Source: Verrucomicrobiota bacterium
Lineage (GTDB): Bacteria; Verrucomicrobiota; Kiritimatiellia; UBA8416; JAQBFJ01
DNA: 55,370 bases
Direction of reading: 5' to 3'
Assembly (NCBI GenBank): GCA_032123435.1
Contig: JAQBFJ010000157.1
Span: 1-55,370 of the forward strand
Shown here: one piece after another, positions 45,430 through 55,046 of the stretch
Position numbering within the stretch: the first letter of the stretch is position 1
Layout of the letters: each line of letters opens with the position of its first letter
Notes under the pieces: model-generated
Seen by the model: the letters and a program-made list of their open reading frames with translations, nothing else
Told to the model about the DNA's origin: nothing
Databases searched by the model: none
Made by a program: the position numbers and the translations under genes

Positions 45430-46773
45430 TCAGTCCTGAGCTTCAACTTCTTCCGCCAATTTCCGGGAATCATCATCTTGCACAACACCATCATCAGAAT
45501 CACCCGTAGCATCAGTATGAGTGTCCGCTTCAATCCGCGTCGCCGCCGCCGAATAAATAAGCTTAGCTTCCTCAAGATCAAGACTTGTCATCTCGACTAT
45601 ATCTTCTATCTCAGCAGCTAAAATACCTTCAATAGTCAGGAATCCCGCTTTTACAAGAATTTTAGCCTTCTCGAGCCCTATGTTCTCAACACTGCCAAGA
45701 TCGTCCACCGCTCTTGCCACTTTTTCTTCAAAACTGACTTCGCTCTCATCCTTCTGTATGTCAATTTTCCAGCCGGTCAAACGTGATGAAAGACGAACAT
45801 TCTGGCCTTTCTTGCCAATCGCCAATGAAAGCTGATCTGCATCAACAACAACATGAACCATTCTTTCAATGTCCTTGTCTGCCGTCACTTTGGACAACTT
45901 GGCGGGTGAAAGAGAGTTTCCCACGTATGTCTTAATATCATCACTCCAGCGGATAATATCTATCTTCTCGCCCGAAAGCTCCCTCACAATATTTTTAACG
46001 CGCATACCGCGCATTCCCACACATGCACCAACTGGATCGACCTTTTCATCATTCGACTTAACGGCTATCTTCGTTCTGTAACCCGCTTCACGCGCAATGC
46101 CCATAATCTCAACAACCCCGTCACTTATCTCAGAAACCTCCAGTCGAAAAAGACTTCTCACAAAATCAGGATGACTCCGCGAAAGCAGAATGCTGGGACC
46201 GGCAGTATTGTTCTGAACCCCTAAAACATAAGCCCGAATTCTGTCGCCAACTTGATATTCCTCCGTCGGTACCCGTTCCTTTGCCAGAATCACAGCCTCA
46301 GCCCGGCCAAGATCCACAATTATGTCATGCCGATCAAATTGACGTACAGCACCATTGACAATATCACCCACACGATCCTTGTATTCATCAAAAACGACGT
46401 CCTTTTCCGCCTGCCTTATCTTCTGAATGATCGCCTGCTTCGCAGTTTGTGCCGCGATACGACTTAGATTGCGGGGCGTGGCCTCAATCTCAATTGCCTC
46501 TCCTATCTGGACATCAGGTCTAACCTTTCTCGCCTGTTCAAGCGAAATCTTGTTTTTGCTGGATCTGGAAGCCTTTTCCACCACCTCAACTGAGGCAAAA
46601 GCCTTGATATCACAGGTCGCCCGGTCTATCTCTATGCGCAAATCACGCGTGGCATCCAGGGTCTTCCTTGCAACAGCCTGCAATGCATGTTCAACCGCTT
46701 CCATCAACACCTCGCGGTTAATACCTCGTTCCTTCTCCATGTAAGCAAGAACGCTCAATAGTTCATTGTTCAT
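45430..46773 (-). CDS. nusA: Transcription termination/antitermination factor NusA
   Basis: N-terminal domain, S1 (GDIVNGAVRQ), KH1/KH2 (GACVGMRGMRV, AIGKKGQNVRL) and a C-terminal acidic region. Confidence 0.95.
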   Translation of the reverse strand: MNNELLSVLAYMEKERGINREVLMEAVEHALQAVARKTLDATRDLRIEIDRATCDIKAFASVEVVEKASRSSKNKISLEQARKVRPDVQIGEAIEIEATPRNLSRIAAQTAKQAIIQKIRQAEKDVVFDEYKDRVGDIVNGAVRQFDRHDIIVDLGRAEAVILAKERVPTEEYQVGDRIRAYVLGVQNNTAGPSILLSRSHPDFVRSLFRLEVSEISDGVVEIMGIAREAGYRTKIAVKSNDEKVDPVGACVGMRGMRVKNIVRELSGEKIDIIRWSDDIKTYVGNSLSPAKLSKVTADKDIERMVHVVVDADQLSLAIGKKGQNVRLSSRLTGWKIDIQKDESEVSFEEKVARAVDDLGSVENIGLEKAKILVKAGFLTIEGILAAEIEDIVEMTSLDLEEAKLIYSAAATRIEADTHTDATGDSDDGVVQDDDSRKLAEEVEAQD

Positions 46774-47097
46774 ACCGCTTCTATCCTATCATTATGAACC
46801 TTTATTTCCCCTTAACATACAAAAGAGCGGGGAAACCCCACTCTCTGTCAAAAAAATAAATTTTTCAGAGTCGAAATACATTACGTACCGCAACCCCGCA
46901 AGTCAAGCAGATACCGCCTTTTTTTGGATCACCCCATTGCTCCCGTTAAACAATGCGAAAAGAGCGCCAATCAACAAGAAACAACAAATATGACCAAATC
47001 CGGCACGGAAGACTCTTGACCTGAATACCCGCCATACCGGATAGTAACCACTGCCTATACCGCTGAATAAAGCTGAAATGACAGAAAGAGGATCGCG

Positions 47098-50000
47098 GTG
47101 AAACATATAATAACAGATTCAAGCATTCGGAAGCCAAAACACATAATAAGCCTGATGCTGATCATCACCGCAATCTTCGTAACCCCGCTGTTTCACCTTG
47201 AATTTGAAAACAACAGAGAACACTCGCTTCCACAGGACAGCCCTGTTCTTGCAAACTGCATCCAGGCAAGCAGAAAATTCGATCTTGAAGATTCAATAAT
47301 TGTCGGTATCGTAAATGAAGAACATCCTGATGGCGTGTTCAACATTCAAACCCTTACCAGAATATACAACCTGACCTCACAACTCTCCAGCCTCCGCTGC
47401 GGCGCCAACGACGGCAAAGCTGTCATTACTATTCCGGCAAACGACCATCAGCAAAGAAAAATATTGGTGCTGGATCTGTCACGAAGAAAGCTGATCGATT
47501 ATCTTTTCATGAAAAACCACAACAGCCTGTTTGATGAACACGGCAACAGCGTGATCAACATAAAAGGTATTATCAGCCCGAGCACCGTCGTTAATATAAA
47601 ACGCGGTGAAATCGGAATGTTAAAATCCGAACCCCTTGTGCCGTCGCCTCCGGCTACAAGAGATGAGGCGCTCGTGATAAGAAAAGATGCGCTCGGCAAT
47701 TCTCTTTATGCCGGCACTTTGTTTTCAGAGGACGGAAAGGCCGCCTGCATTTATATACCAATCAACGATGTATCAAGAGCACACATCGTCTCGCGCCTTG
47801 TCACTATGCTCACAAAAGACTGGCACGACGAAACCACCGTGCTGATAACCGGCCCTTCCATAATCCAGGACCAGTTCAACAGGGAAATGCTTCTTTATGT
47901 AGTTATATCCACGATAATAATGCTGATCTGCGCATTCTGCGTAATGACGGCCCTTTTCCATGGTTTCGTCTCGCTTGCTGTTGCGCCGGTAATATCCGCC
48001 ATTATCACCATAATCTGCTCTCTCGGCGTTATGACAGCGCTCGGAATAAAGGCTGATGCCGCAAGCTGTATTGCTGTATTCTTCCTGATTATAGTCGCAA
48101 TCATGAATTCAGTTCATGTTCTAAGCGAGTTCTTTGATGCATGTTACAAATTCAACAATAAGAATCTCGCCATCCGAAATGTTTCTATACGCCTGTTTAA
48201 ACCCATGATCTACGCGAACATCGCAATTACTGCCGGTTTCATAGCGCTCACAACCACATCCGGCCCGGCTATTCGCGCGTTCGGAACCCTTTCCGCTATA
48301 GGCACCATCATTGCGTGGCTCCTTGCAATCACATTCATACCAGCCTACGTGATCATAGCCATCTCGCCCAAAACACTCAGCGCCATATGGGATCTGTCAT
48401 ACAGGCATCACGAAAGACCCGATTGGCTGGGCGGTACGCTGCGATCACTCGGCATATTCAACTGCATGCAGTGGAAACCGATCATCACGCTAACAGCAGT
48501 GACCTGCGCAATACTTCTGGTCGGAACACGATGGTGTTCACTGAACAGTAATTCCGTCGGTAATTTCGCGCCGTATCATACAGTTCAAACCTCCAACAAT
48601 ATGCTCAGAAAACATCTTCCCGGCACCCACCTTATTCATTTGTCACTTCACTCGGCACAGCCACGGACTTTAAACTATATGGAAAAAATATCCATCATGC
48701 GCAGCGAAGCACAAAAGCGTTTCGCGCCCATCTTCCCGCAAGCCACCAAAATATTCACAGCCAAACTGAATGGACTGGAACAGCTCTACCTCAATGCCAC
48801 AAGCGGAAGTGCCGGAAAACACTTCGCAACGCTCGTCAGGGAGGCGGAAGACGTTGATAGACAAGCTCTTGTATCATGGAACGAGCTCGCCAACGCACTC
48901 GTTTACGTCAATCCCGAAAACCTCAGCATGAATAAACTCGCCCGGGAAATACTGAAAGCAAAAAACGTCGATTACAACGATAAGAAACTTCTCCTGGCCA
49001 GATTGGAAGAACATGTCAATCTGAAAGATATACCCTTGCTCGACAAAACATTGGAAATCTGCAGTGAATTTACGCGACTTTCTTTCCGTGAATTTGTTTT
49101 TGAAATGGAAGCGGAACTCAATGCGCCTCCCTTCAAGCAGGCCTCCATGCTCAATTATATCAATACCCTTCAATCATTCTTGATGAAAAACAGTTCAGTC
49201 GCCAAAACGACCTCCGCCGTGGATGCGCTGAAACAAGTATCATACGAATTGAACTACGCCACGTTCCCGGGATATGACAATATCAGCAGTCCTGCCTATA
49301 ATACCGGAAGAAACTCCACCGACTCGCTCATTCCGCGTTCCGCATCAGCCGCCGATAAAATGTTCACTCAGCTCGAAGGACTAAAGAACAATACATACCT
49401 GCGCCGTTTCGTAACCAAAGATTTTCAAAATGCCAATATACAAATTCAATTGAAAACATCCAGCACCAGAAACGTCAATAAGTTGATCACGGACATCAAT
49501 AACTTCATGTTATCCAACCCGCCTCCGGTAAAACTCAACATCGCATGGACGGGCCCGGCATATATGGATACATTGTGGCAGCATATTACGCTCAACAGCA
49601 TAACCAGACCGGCATTTTACAGCTTCATAACCATTATCATGGTAATTATGCTTCTGTTCAGATCTCCCCTGTACGGATTACTGGGAGCTATCCCGCTCCT
49701 AATGACAATGGTCTTCATTTTCGGTCTTATGGGTTTTGCCAGAATTCAAATTAATACCACAACAGCCATACTGGCCGCGGTCATATTCGCTATTAGCGTT
49801 GATTTTACAGTCAATTTCCTTGAACGCGCGCGCCTTATACAAGCCAGACACAAAAGCTGGCATAAAGCCTGCCTCAAAATGTTCCACGAACCGACAGCCG
49901 CCATAACCAGAAACACCATCATAGTCAGCATCAGCTTTCTGTCTCTCATAGCCCTGCCGCTGACCCCCTGCAAAACCGCAGGATGGCTGATCGCAGTCGG

Positions 50001-50121
50001 AACATTCGTATGCCTGATCGTCACCCTCCTCGTCATGCCCGCACTGCTCACAGCTTTAAGAAAATTATCGTTCTCCCACGAGGAAGATACGTTCAACCTG
50101 GAAGAAGAGGAAGAAGACTAA
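47098..50121 (+). CDS. RND-superfamily / MMPL-type exporter (COG1033-like) with an enlarged second soluble domain
   Basis: 1007 aa. Two hydrophobic blocks (about aa 255-425 and 825-985), each preceded by a large soluble domain. GTG start preceded by AAGAGGA at 5 nt. Family assignment is by architecture and N-terminal similarity only. Confidence 0.65.
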   Translation: MKHIITDSSIRKPKHIISLMLIITAIFVTPLFHLEFENNREHSLPQDSPVLANCIQASRKFDLEDSIIVGIVNEEHPDGVFNIQTLTRIYNLTSQLSSLRCGANDGKAVITIPANDHQQRKILVLDLSRRKLIDYLFMKNHNSLFDEHGNSVINIKGIISPSTVVNIKRGEIGMLKSEPLVPSPPATRDEALVIRKDALGNSLYAGTLFSEDGKAACIYIPINDVSRAHIVSRLVTMLTKDWHDETTVLITGPSIIQDQFNREMLLYVVISTIIMLICAFCVMTALFHGFVSLAVAPVISAIITIICSLGVMTALGIKADAASCIAVFFLIIVAIMNSVHVLSEFFDACYKFNNKNLAIRNVSIRLFKPMIYANIAITAGFIALTTTSGPAIRAFGTLSAIGTIIAWLLAITFIPAYVIIAISPKTLSAIWDLSYRHHERPDWLGGTLRSLGIFNCMQWKPIITLTAVTCAILLVGTRWCSLNSNSVGNFAPYHTVQTSNNMLRKHLPGTHLIHLSLHSAQPRTLNYMEKISIMRSEAQKRFAPIFPQATKIFTAKLNGLEQLYLNATSGSAGKHFATLVREAEDVDRQALVSWNELANALVYVNPENLSMNKLAREILKAKNVDYNDKKLLLARLEEHVNLKDIPLLDKTLEICSEFTRLSFREFVFEMEAELNAPPFKQASMLNYINTLQSFLMKNSSVAKTTSAVDALKQVSYELNYATFPGYDNISSPAYNTGRNSTDSLIPRSASAADKMFTQLEGLKNNTYLRRFVTKDFQNANIQIQLKTSSTRNVNKLITDINNFMLSNPPPVKLNIAWTGPAYMDTLWQHITLNSITRPAFYSFITIIMVIMLLFRSPLYGLLGAIPLLMTMVFIFGLMGFARIQINTTTAILAAVIFAISVDFTVNFLERARLIQARHKSWHKACLKMFHEPTAAITRNTIIVSISFLSLIALPLTPCKTAGWLIAVGTFVCLIVTLLVMPALLTALRKLSFSHEEDTFNLEEEEED

Positions 50122-50143
50122 CCAAGTCGCTCGCTCACCATCT

Positions 50144-51403
50144 ATGAACACTTATCTCATCGTCATACTGTCAATTCTGATCATTCATTACCTTCTCGAT
50201 CTCGTAGCCGACTATCTGAACATCCGGCATATCAAAGAAGAACTGCCGGAAGAATTCTATGATTATTTCGATAACGCCAAATATCGGCAGTCACAGAATT
50301 ACCTGCGTGAAACAACAAAGTTTGGAATAACTGTAAGCACGGTTAACGCCCTTGTGTTGATCACTTTGATCCTGATCGGTGGATTCAATTTCGTCGATCA
50401 CTTCGCGCGAAGCCTCCGATCCGGCCCCATTATCACCGGGCTGATATTCGCCGGAACTCTCGCGTTCGCTGGAATACTGCTTAACCTGCCTTTCTCCATT
50501 TATGACACCTTCGTGATCGAAGAAAAATATGGCTTTAATAAAACCACACCAAAAACATTCATCCTTGATATGATAAAAAGCCTGCTCCTGACCGCGCTGA
50601 TAGGCGGCGCCATTTTTGCCGGCATTCTGTGGTTTTTCGATAAAACTGGCGCATGGGCCTGGCTTTATTGCTGGATAGCCGTAACGGTCTTTCAGATATT
50701 CATGATGTTCATATCACCATATGTAATTATGCCTCTTTTCAATAAATTCGTTCCCCTCGAAGAAGGCGATCTCCGGACAACAGTTGAAAAATACGCACAA
50801 TCACAAAATTTCACCATTAAGGGTGTCTACAAAATGGACGGCTCCAAAAGATCAACAAAAACCAATGCTTTTTTCACTGGGTTCGGCAAGTCACGCCGTA
50901 TAGTGCTTTTTGATACACTGATAGAAAAACACACGACCCAGGAACTACTGTCAATCATCGCTCACGAAATGGGCCACTATAAAAAGAAACATATACCACA
51001 GGCAATCTTCAGATCTGTTGTTATAAGCGGACTGATGTTCTATCTCATGTCCCTCTTAATCGGAAACTTAAAACTGTTTGCCGCGTTCAAAATGTCCCAT
51101 CTTTCAATCTATGCCAGCCTGTTTTTCTTCGGGTTTCTTTTCAAGCCTGTCGGTACGCTGATTGCAATCATGGAAAATATCATGTCAAGAAAACATGAAT
51201 ACGAGGCCGACGCCTATGCCGCGGCAACAACAGGAACTCATGAACCGATGATAACGGGATTAAAAAAATTATCCGTGGATAATATGTCGAATCTTACACC
51301 ACATCCATTCAAGGTGTTTCTCGATTACACTCATCCGCCGGTACTCCAAAGAATAGCCACCTTGAGAAAAATAGGCTCTGAACAGCGCCGTGCCGGCACA
51401 TGA
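50144..51403 (+). CDS. Ste24-like CAAX-type zinc metalloprotease (peptidase M48A)
   Basis: Multi-TM N-terminal half, HEMGHYKKKH zinc motif, downstream EYEAD, C-terminal THPPVLQRI. Confidence 0.85.
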   Translation: MNTYLIVILSILIIHYLLDLVADYLNIRHIKEELPEEFYDYFDNAKYRQSQNYLRETTKFGITVSTVNALVLITLILIGGFNFVDHFARSLRSGPIITGLIFAGTLAFAGILLNLPFSIYDTFVIEEKYGFNKTTPKTFILDMIKSLLLTALIGGAIFAGILWFFDKTGAWAWLYCWIAVTVFQIFMMFISPYVIMPLFNKFVPLEEGDLRTTVEKYAQSQNFTIKGVYKMDGSKRSTKTNAFFTGFGKSRRIVLFDTLIEKHTTQELLSIIAHEMGHYKKKHIPQAIFRSVVISGLMFYLMSLLIGNLKLFAAFKMSHLSIYASLFFFGFLFKPVGTLIAIMENIMSRKHEYEADAYAAATTGTHEPMITGLKKLSVDNMSNLTPHPFKVFLDYTHPPVLQRIATLRKIGSEQRRAGT

Positions 51404-51410
51404 CCCGCAA

Positions 51411-51914
51411 TCAGTATGCATCATTCAATATGTTTTCCGTCCTTCCACTGGCTTCACGGCATCTGGAAAACGTTACACGCACGGCGCTAAAGGACGCGTT
51501 TACCAGCAGAATAACCGCGCCGGCCGCGCCCACGCTCAGGGCCAAACAGAATAATGCCCTGAAATATTTTGTCTTCTGAATAAAACATCCTAAAGGAATA
51601 ACTATCAAAAACAGAAATGCCGCTACCGTTATAACAGGAACGATCACGCTGGTTCCGGCCCAGGTCAATTCAGGAACAATATACAACTTGGCCGATACCG
51701 ATGCCGCCAACAGAATCACCGCCGCAATAACAAGAACCAAAACAGACCGGCCCATGCCTGATAACGGTGTTTCCAGCACACTGTTGAGTTTCTGAAAAAC
51801 CAGCGCACATATAAAAACAGATAACGCCAACACCGTAACCGTCTGCGCCGCAGATTCCGGATTGCCAAGAAGGACCCTCAACTGTCGGTAAATCTCTATG
51901 TAAAACTTATTCAT
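51411..51914 (-). CDS. Hypothetical polytopic membrane protein
   Basis: 167 aa with 4-5 hydrophobic helices. No recognised motif. Confidence 0.45.
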   Translation of the reverse strand: MNKFYIEIYRQLRVLLGNPESAAQTVTVLALSVFICALVFQKLNSVLETPLSGMGRSVLVLVIAAVILLAASVSAKLYIVPELTWAGTSVIVPVITVAAFLFLIVIPLGCFIQKTKYFRALFCLALSVGAAGAVILLVNASFSAVRVTFSRCREASGRTENILNDAY

Positions 51915-51985
51915 GCAGGTAAACAGACATAAAAAATAAGAACCTGTCAGCCAGTTATTGAGCGGCCAGATAACCCTGAGGAGTT

Positions 51986-52012
51986 CTTCGTACTCTCACG
52001 AAGCATTTTTTT
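51986..52012 (+). terminator. Orphan intrinsic-terminator-like hairpin (CTTCGT actctc ACGAAG, then caTTTTTTT)
   Basis: Read directly. No annotated plus-strand gene lies upstream of it in this gap. Confidence 0.35.
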
Positions 52013-52314
52013 GCTACTTTGCGGTTCTGCCCCACAATACCAGCTAACAGGTTTGTGTTATTCAAAGCAGGATTCGTACCATTAAACAGAAAATGCGCCC
52101 TGTAATTTTGTCGACGTAAATATTTATTCTGTTTACTGGTAAAATCAAACTATGCGCATCCGCGTCTCACACCGTTCACAAGCAATAACTGCTCTGTCTT
52201 TCACATTATTGTGAAACTCTTAAGCAAAAGTGAGAAAAAAACAGACTGAAGCTTGCTTCCAGACAGGCCGACAGATTAGAATGCGCACAATATAGACAAT
52301 AGAGAAAATATGTA

Positions 52315-52782
52315 ATGATCAAATTGCTTCAAAATTTAGTTCCTCGAATCAGAAACAGTACCTTATGGCGTTACGCAAGTCCAAAAGTGAAATCTGTGCT
52401 TTGCCGTTATGGCGGTTACATGATGCTGGTCACAGGCATTCTAATGTTCATGTTTGGCCCGAAAATAGTTGATCCATTCCTCGTGCGTATTCTCGGTCCG
52501 GAAATTATATTCGGCAAAAAGAATGTAATCTTTGAGGGCGACATATATCTCACTACAAATCAGACCGCCATTATAAAATGGATCTTCATGGTAATGTTCA
52601 TCGGCCTGATTATTGCCGTCTGCGGTTTTATCGTAATCCAATTAAAGAAATTAAAGAAATTATACGATGAATATATCGCGAAAATGGATCCTGATATCCC
52701 GCTCCCGTCCAAATTGAATATCTATCTGGCTGTCTGCAAAGAACTCTTTATTAAAGAAAAAGAAGACCAGGGCGAATCATGA
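52315..52782 (+). CDS. Hypothetical two-TM membrane protein in an AT-rich patch
   Basis: 155 aa. Two hydrophobic helices (YMMLVTGILMFMF, WIFMVMFIGLIIAVCGFIVI). About 32-38 percent GC by eye. Confidence 0.5.
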   Translation: MIKLLQNLVPRIRNSTLWRYASPKVKSVLCRYGGYMMLVTGILMFMFGPKIVDPFLVRILGPEIIFGKKNVIFEGDIYLTTNQTAIIKWIFMVMFIGLIIAVCGFIVIQLKKLKKLYDEYIAKMDPDIPLPSKLNIYLAVCKELFIKEKEDQGES

Positions 52783-52902
52783 CCCGGCGTTGACCCAGCA
52801 CCGGTGAGCCCTTACCCTTTTTCGGAGCCGGTTATATTAACCCGTCTTTCGCTATTCGCCGATTGGAATGTTGAGTTTCTTAGGAAACTGCCTACATCTT
52901 GC

Positions 52903-54684
52903 TCAAAGGTCTGCCCCACATTTCCTTTTTAGTTCTTCAAGTCGAGGAGGCAGTTGCTCGGGCAAGGATAGATTGAGTTGATGCAGGAGAAGTTTCAGAT
53001 CATTTTCCGGCTGGGTGTAGCGAGGTAGGATCAGGTTGTGCCCGTCAGTGGTTGGCAGATGCACGTCGATCATCTGCATAGCTTTGAACTTTTCGAGGAT
53101 CGCCCGAGGCGTCAGGCCGGGGGCCTTGGCCTTTGCACGTTGTTTCAAGGTTACCTGTAAGCAATATGCCAGGAAGCTGACGAAAATGTGCGCCTCGATG
53201 CGATCGTCTTTCTGATGATAGACTGGCCGGATGCTCAGGTCCTGCTTGATCTCCTTGAAGGCCTGTTCGACTTCTGTGAGCACGATGTATTGTTTCCACA
53301 GCTCTTCAGGGCTTTCAGCCACAAGGTTGGTGCGCAGCAGATAGGTGCCTTCTCCTCGCCGGGTTCGGCGCAGTTTCTGCCTGTTGAGACTGAAGGTGAA
53401 CGTTTCGGGGGTAACGGTTTCTCGTGGCTTGGGAAGCTCTATATCGATCAGCGACCAGGCTTTTCCCGCTTCTTGTTTTGCCGCACCGAGTTTGAGCAGC
53501 AGTGCATCGCGCTTGAGATTCTTCATTCCCCGGATCTGATGTAGCCGGTTCCAGAGTTTCTTGAGCTTACGCCGCCGCATGGACTGCTCTTTGTCGCGCC
53601 GTCCACCGCTACGAGTCAGCACATAGAGGTCTTTACCGTCGCGGGCGAGTTTGACTTGGATCTGCGACTGAACCTGCTTCCACGGCAAGGCGAAAAGCTG
53701 ATCTTCAAGCTTAGTAATACGTCCACGAAGGGTGCCGACCAGATAGCTTGCTCCTTGCGCACGCATCTGCTCAAGGGCTTCCTCGGTCGGAATGCCTCGG
53801 TCCATGATCCACAACCTATTCATCTTGCCGTATTGATTTTCGATCCTGCGCAAGAAGTCCGGCAACGTTGTTTTGTCGGATGTGTTGCCCGGCATCACCT
53901 CGTAGGCCACTGGAAAGCCTTCCGGGGTCACAATCAGTGCAATGACCACTTGCACGCAATCGGGACGTTTGTCACGGCTGTAGCCGAATCGGCGTAGCCC
54001 GTCCGTATCCTCCGGCGGATCGCACTCGAAATAGGTGCTTGTCAAATCGTATAGCAGCACATCATACGTTGCTCCGAACAGATCCGCCCAGCGTTCCTTT
54101 AGAAAGGTGAACAACTCAGACTTGTGGGCGCAGAGCCTGTCAAGGCAGCGGTAGAGCGTGTCCTTGGCCGCAATCGAATCGTCCTCGCCAAGTAGATCGG
54201 CCATTGCGCTGGTTTTAAACCAGTCCCGGTGAAGACGCCATTCGCTGCCCGGATCCAACAGGCGGTAGCTGACCAGCGTCTTGAGAACATTGAGCCAACT
54301 CGTTCCCTTGCGGCTGTTCGACAGGTGCTGTGCCCAGAAGCCATCAAGTCCAAGTTGATTCCACAGCTCCATCGTCAGCCAGCAACCTCCCCACTGCCGA
54401 GGATGACGCAACGTCATTTTGTTGAGCCGGATCTGAACAGGATTGCGCACATCCGGCGGAGGCGTGCGATCCGCAGGAAAGAGGCTCATCTGTTTGACGG
54501 TATCGTCTGTCTCATCCAGCACATCAAGCGCCGAGCACCACTGCGCACGTTGACTGTCGTTGATCTCGCCAAGATAGAGAAGCTGACGCTTTATCACGCC
54601 ACGACGGGTGCGTACGCTCTCGGCAATGCTCCAGTAGCGATGCTCTTTGCCGTCCTTGAAACGCTTGTGACACTTCAGGTACAT
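52903..54684 (-). CDS. IS1634-family (IS4 superfamily) DDE transposase
   Basis: 593 aa. The N-terminus MYLKCHKRFKDGKEHRYWSIAESVRTRRG..LLYLGEINDSQRAQW is the pattern I recall for IS1634-type transposases. Family assignment is from memory, not searched. Confidence 0.85.
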   Translation of the reverse strand: MYLKCHKRFKDGKEHRYWSIAESVRTRRGVIKRQLLYLGEINDSQRAQWCSALDVLDETDDTVKQMSLFPADRTPPPDVRNPVQIRLNKMTLRHPRQWGGCWLTMELWNQLGLDGFWAQHLSNSRKGTSWLNVLKTLVSYRLLDPGSEWRLHRDWFKTSAMADLLGEDDSIAAKDTLYRCLDRLCAHKSELFTFLKERWADLFGATYDVLLYDLTSTYFECDPPEDTDGLRRFGYSRDKRPDCVQVVIALIVTPEGFPVAYEVMPGNTSDKTTLPDFLRRIENQYGKMNRLWIMDRGIPTEEALEQMRAQGASYLVGTLRGRITKLEDQLFALPWKQVQSQIQVKLARDGKDLYVLTRSGGRRDKEQSMRRRKLKKLWNRLHQIRGMKNLKRDALLLKLGAAKQEAGKAWSLIDIELPKPRETVTPETFTFSLNRQKLRRTRRGEGTYLLRTNLVAESPEELWKQYIVLTEVEQAFKEIKQDLSIRPVYHQKDDRIEAHIFVSFLAYCLQVTLKQRAKAKAPGLTPRAILEKFKAMQMIDVHLPTTDGHNLILPRYTQPENDLKLLLHQLNLSLPEQLPPRLEELKRKCGADL

Positions 54685-54690
54685 GCAACC

Positions 54691-54718
54691 ATTATCGCAC
54701 GAACGAACCGTTCGTCAA
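54691..54718 (-). promoter_or_regulatory. Candidate transposase promoter inside the IS: TTGACG, 16 nt spacer, GATAAT, with GAACG-gtt-CGTTC palindrome in the spacer
   Basis: Read on the minus strand. The -10 ends 6-7 nt before ATG 54684 and no SD is present, implying a leaderless transcript. Confidence 0.4.
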
Positions 54719-54855
54719 TGGGGTGGGTCTGCCCCACAGCACAATTCCGAACATCAACCCCTGAAAACATTGGGACAAACGGCTTCAACCTACCGAAAAT
54801 AGTCGTTTTGCGCCGCGAATAGCGAAAGACGGGTTAACAAGTTGTGTGAACGAGA

Positions 54856-54963
54856 ATGATCAAAGGAAAGCACATCCAGCTCCGGCCCGTGACATTGGAC
54901 GACCGACGAATGATCTATGCGTGGAGTCATGAGTCGGACGTAGCGCTATTCATCCACACCTAA
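54856..54963 (+). pseudogene. Truncated N-terminal remnant (35 codons) of a GNAT (RimJ/RimL-like) acetyltransferase
   Basis: MIKGKHIQLRPVTLDDRRMIYAWSHESDVALFIHT* matches the usual i.LRp...D...l..W..d.ev GNAT N-terminus but stops after 35 aa. Begins 19 nt from the IS right end. Confidence 0.4.
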
Positions 54964-55008
54964 ATTTATTGGCTAAAATGCAATTCCTATGAATTTACGG
55001 TACAAGCG

Positions 55009-55037
55009 TTGACAGAGACACTATTACTTGGTAGCAT
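55009..55037 (+). promoter_or_regulatory. Sigma70-like promoter TTGACA, 17 nt spacer, TAGCAT
   Basis: Hexamers and spacing read directly. The -10 ends 9 nt before ATG 55047. Confidence 0.4.
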
Positions 55038-55046
55038 ATGCCACTG

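Larger units (their letters stand above)
52837..54837 (-). mobile_element. Complete IS element (IS1634-like, IS4 superfamily), about 2.0 kb, with perfect 23-bp terminal inverted repeats
   Basis: IRL TTAACCCGTCTTTCGCTATTCGC (52837-52859) is the exact reverse complement of IRR (54815-54837). One transposase ORF fills the interior. GC is visibly higher than the flanks. Confidence 0.85.

Noticed and set aside
46774-47097. Expected rimP upstream of nusA, and the small ORFs 46903-47106 and 46946-47137.
   Set aside because: No ORF of RimP size or sequence is present, and the small ORFs are hydrophobic or low-complexity with no support. rimP is presumably elsewhere, and its absence here is not informative by itself.
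54229-54822. 197-aa plus-strand ORF overlapping the transposase gene.
   Set aside because: It is antisense to a well-supported DDE transposase, Arg/Ala-rich as expected for a GC-rich shadow frame, and it crosses the IS promoter region.
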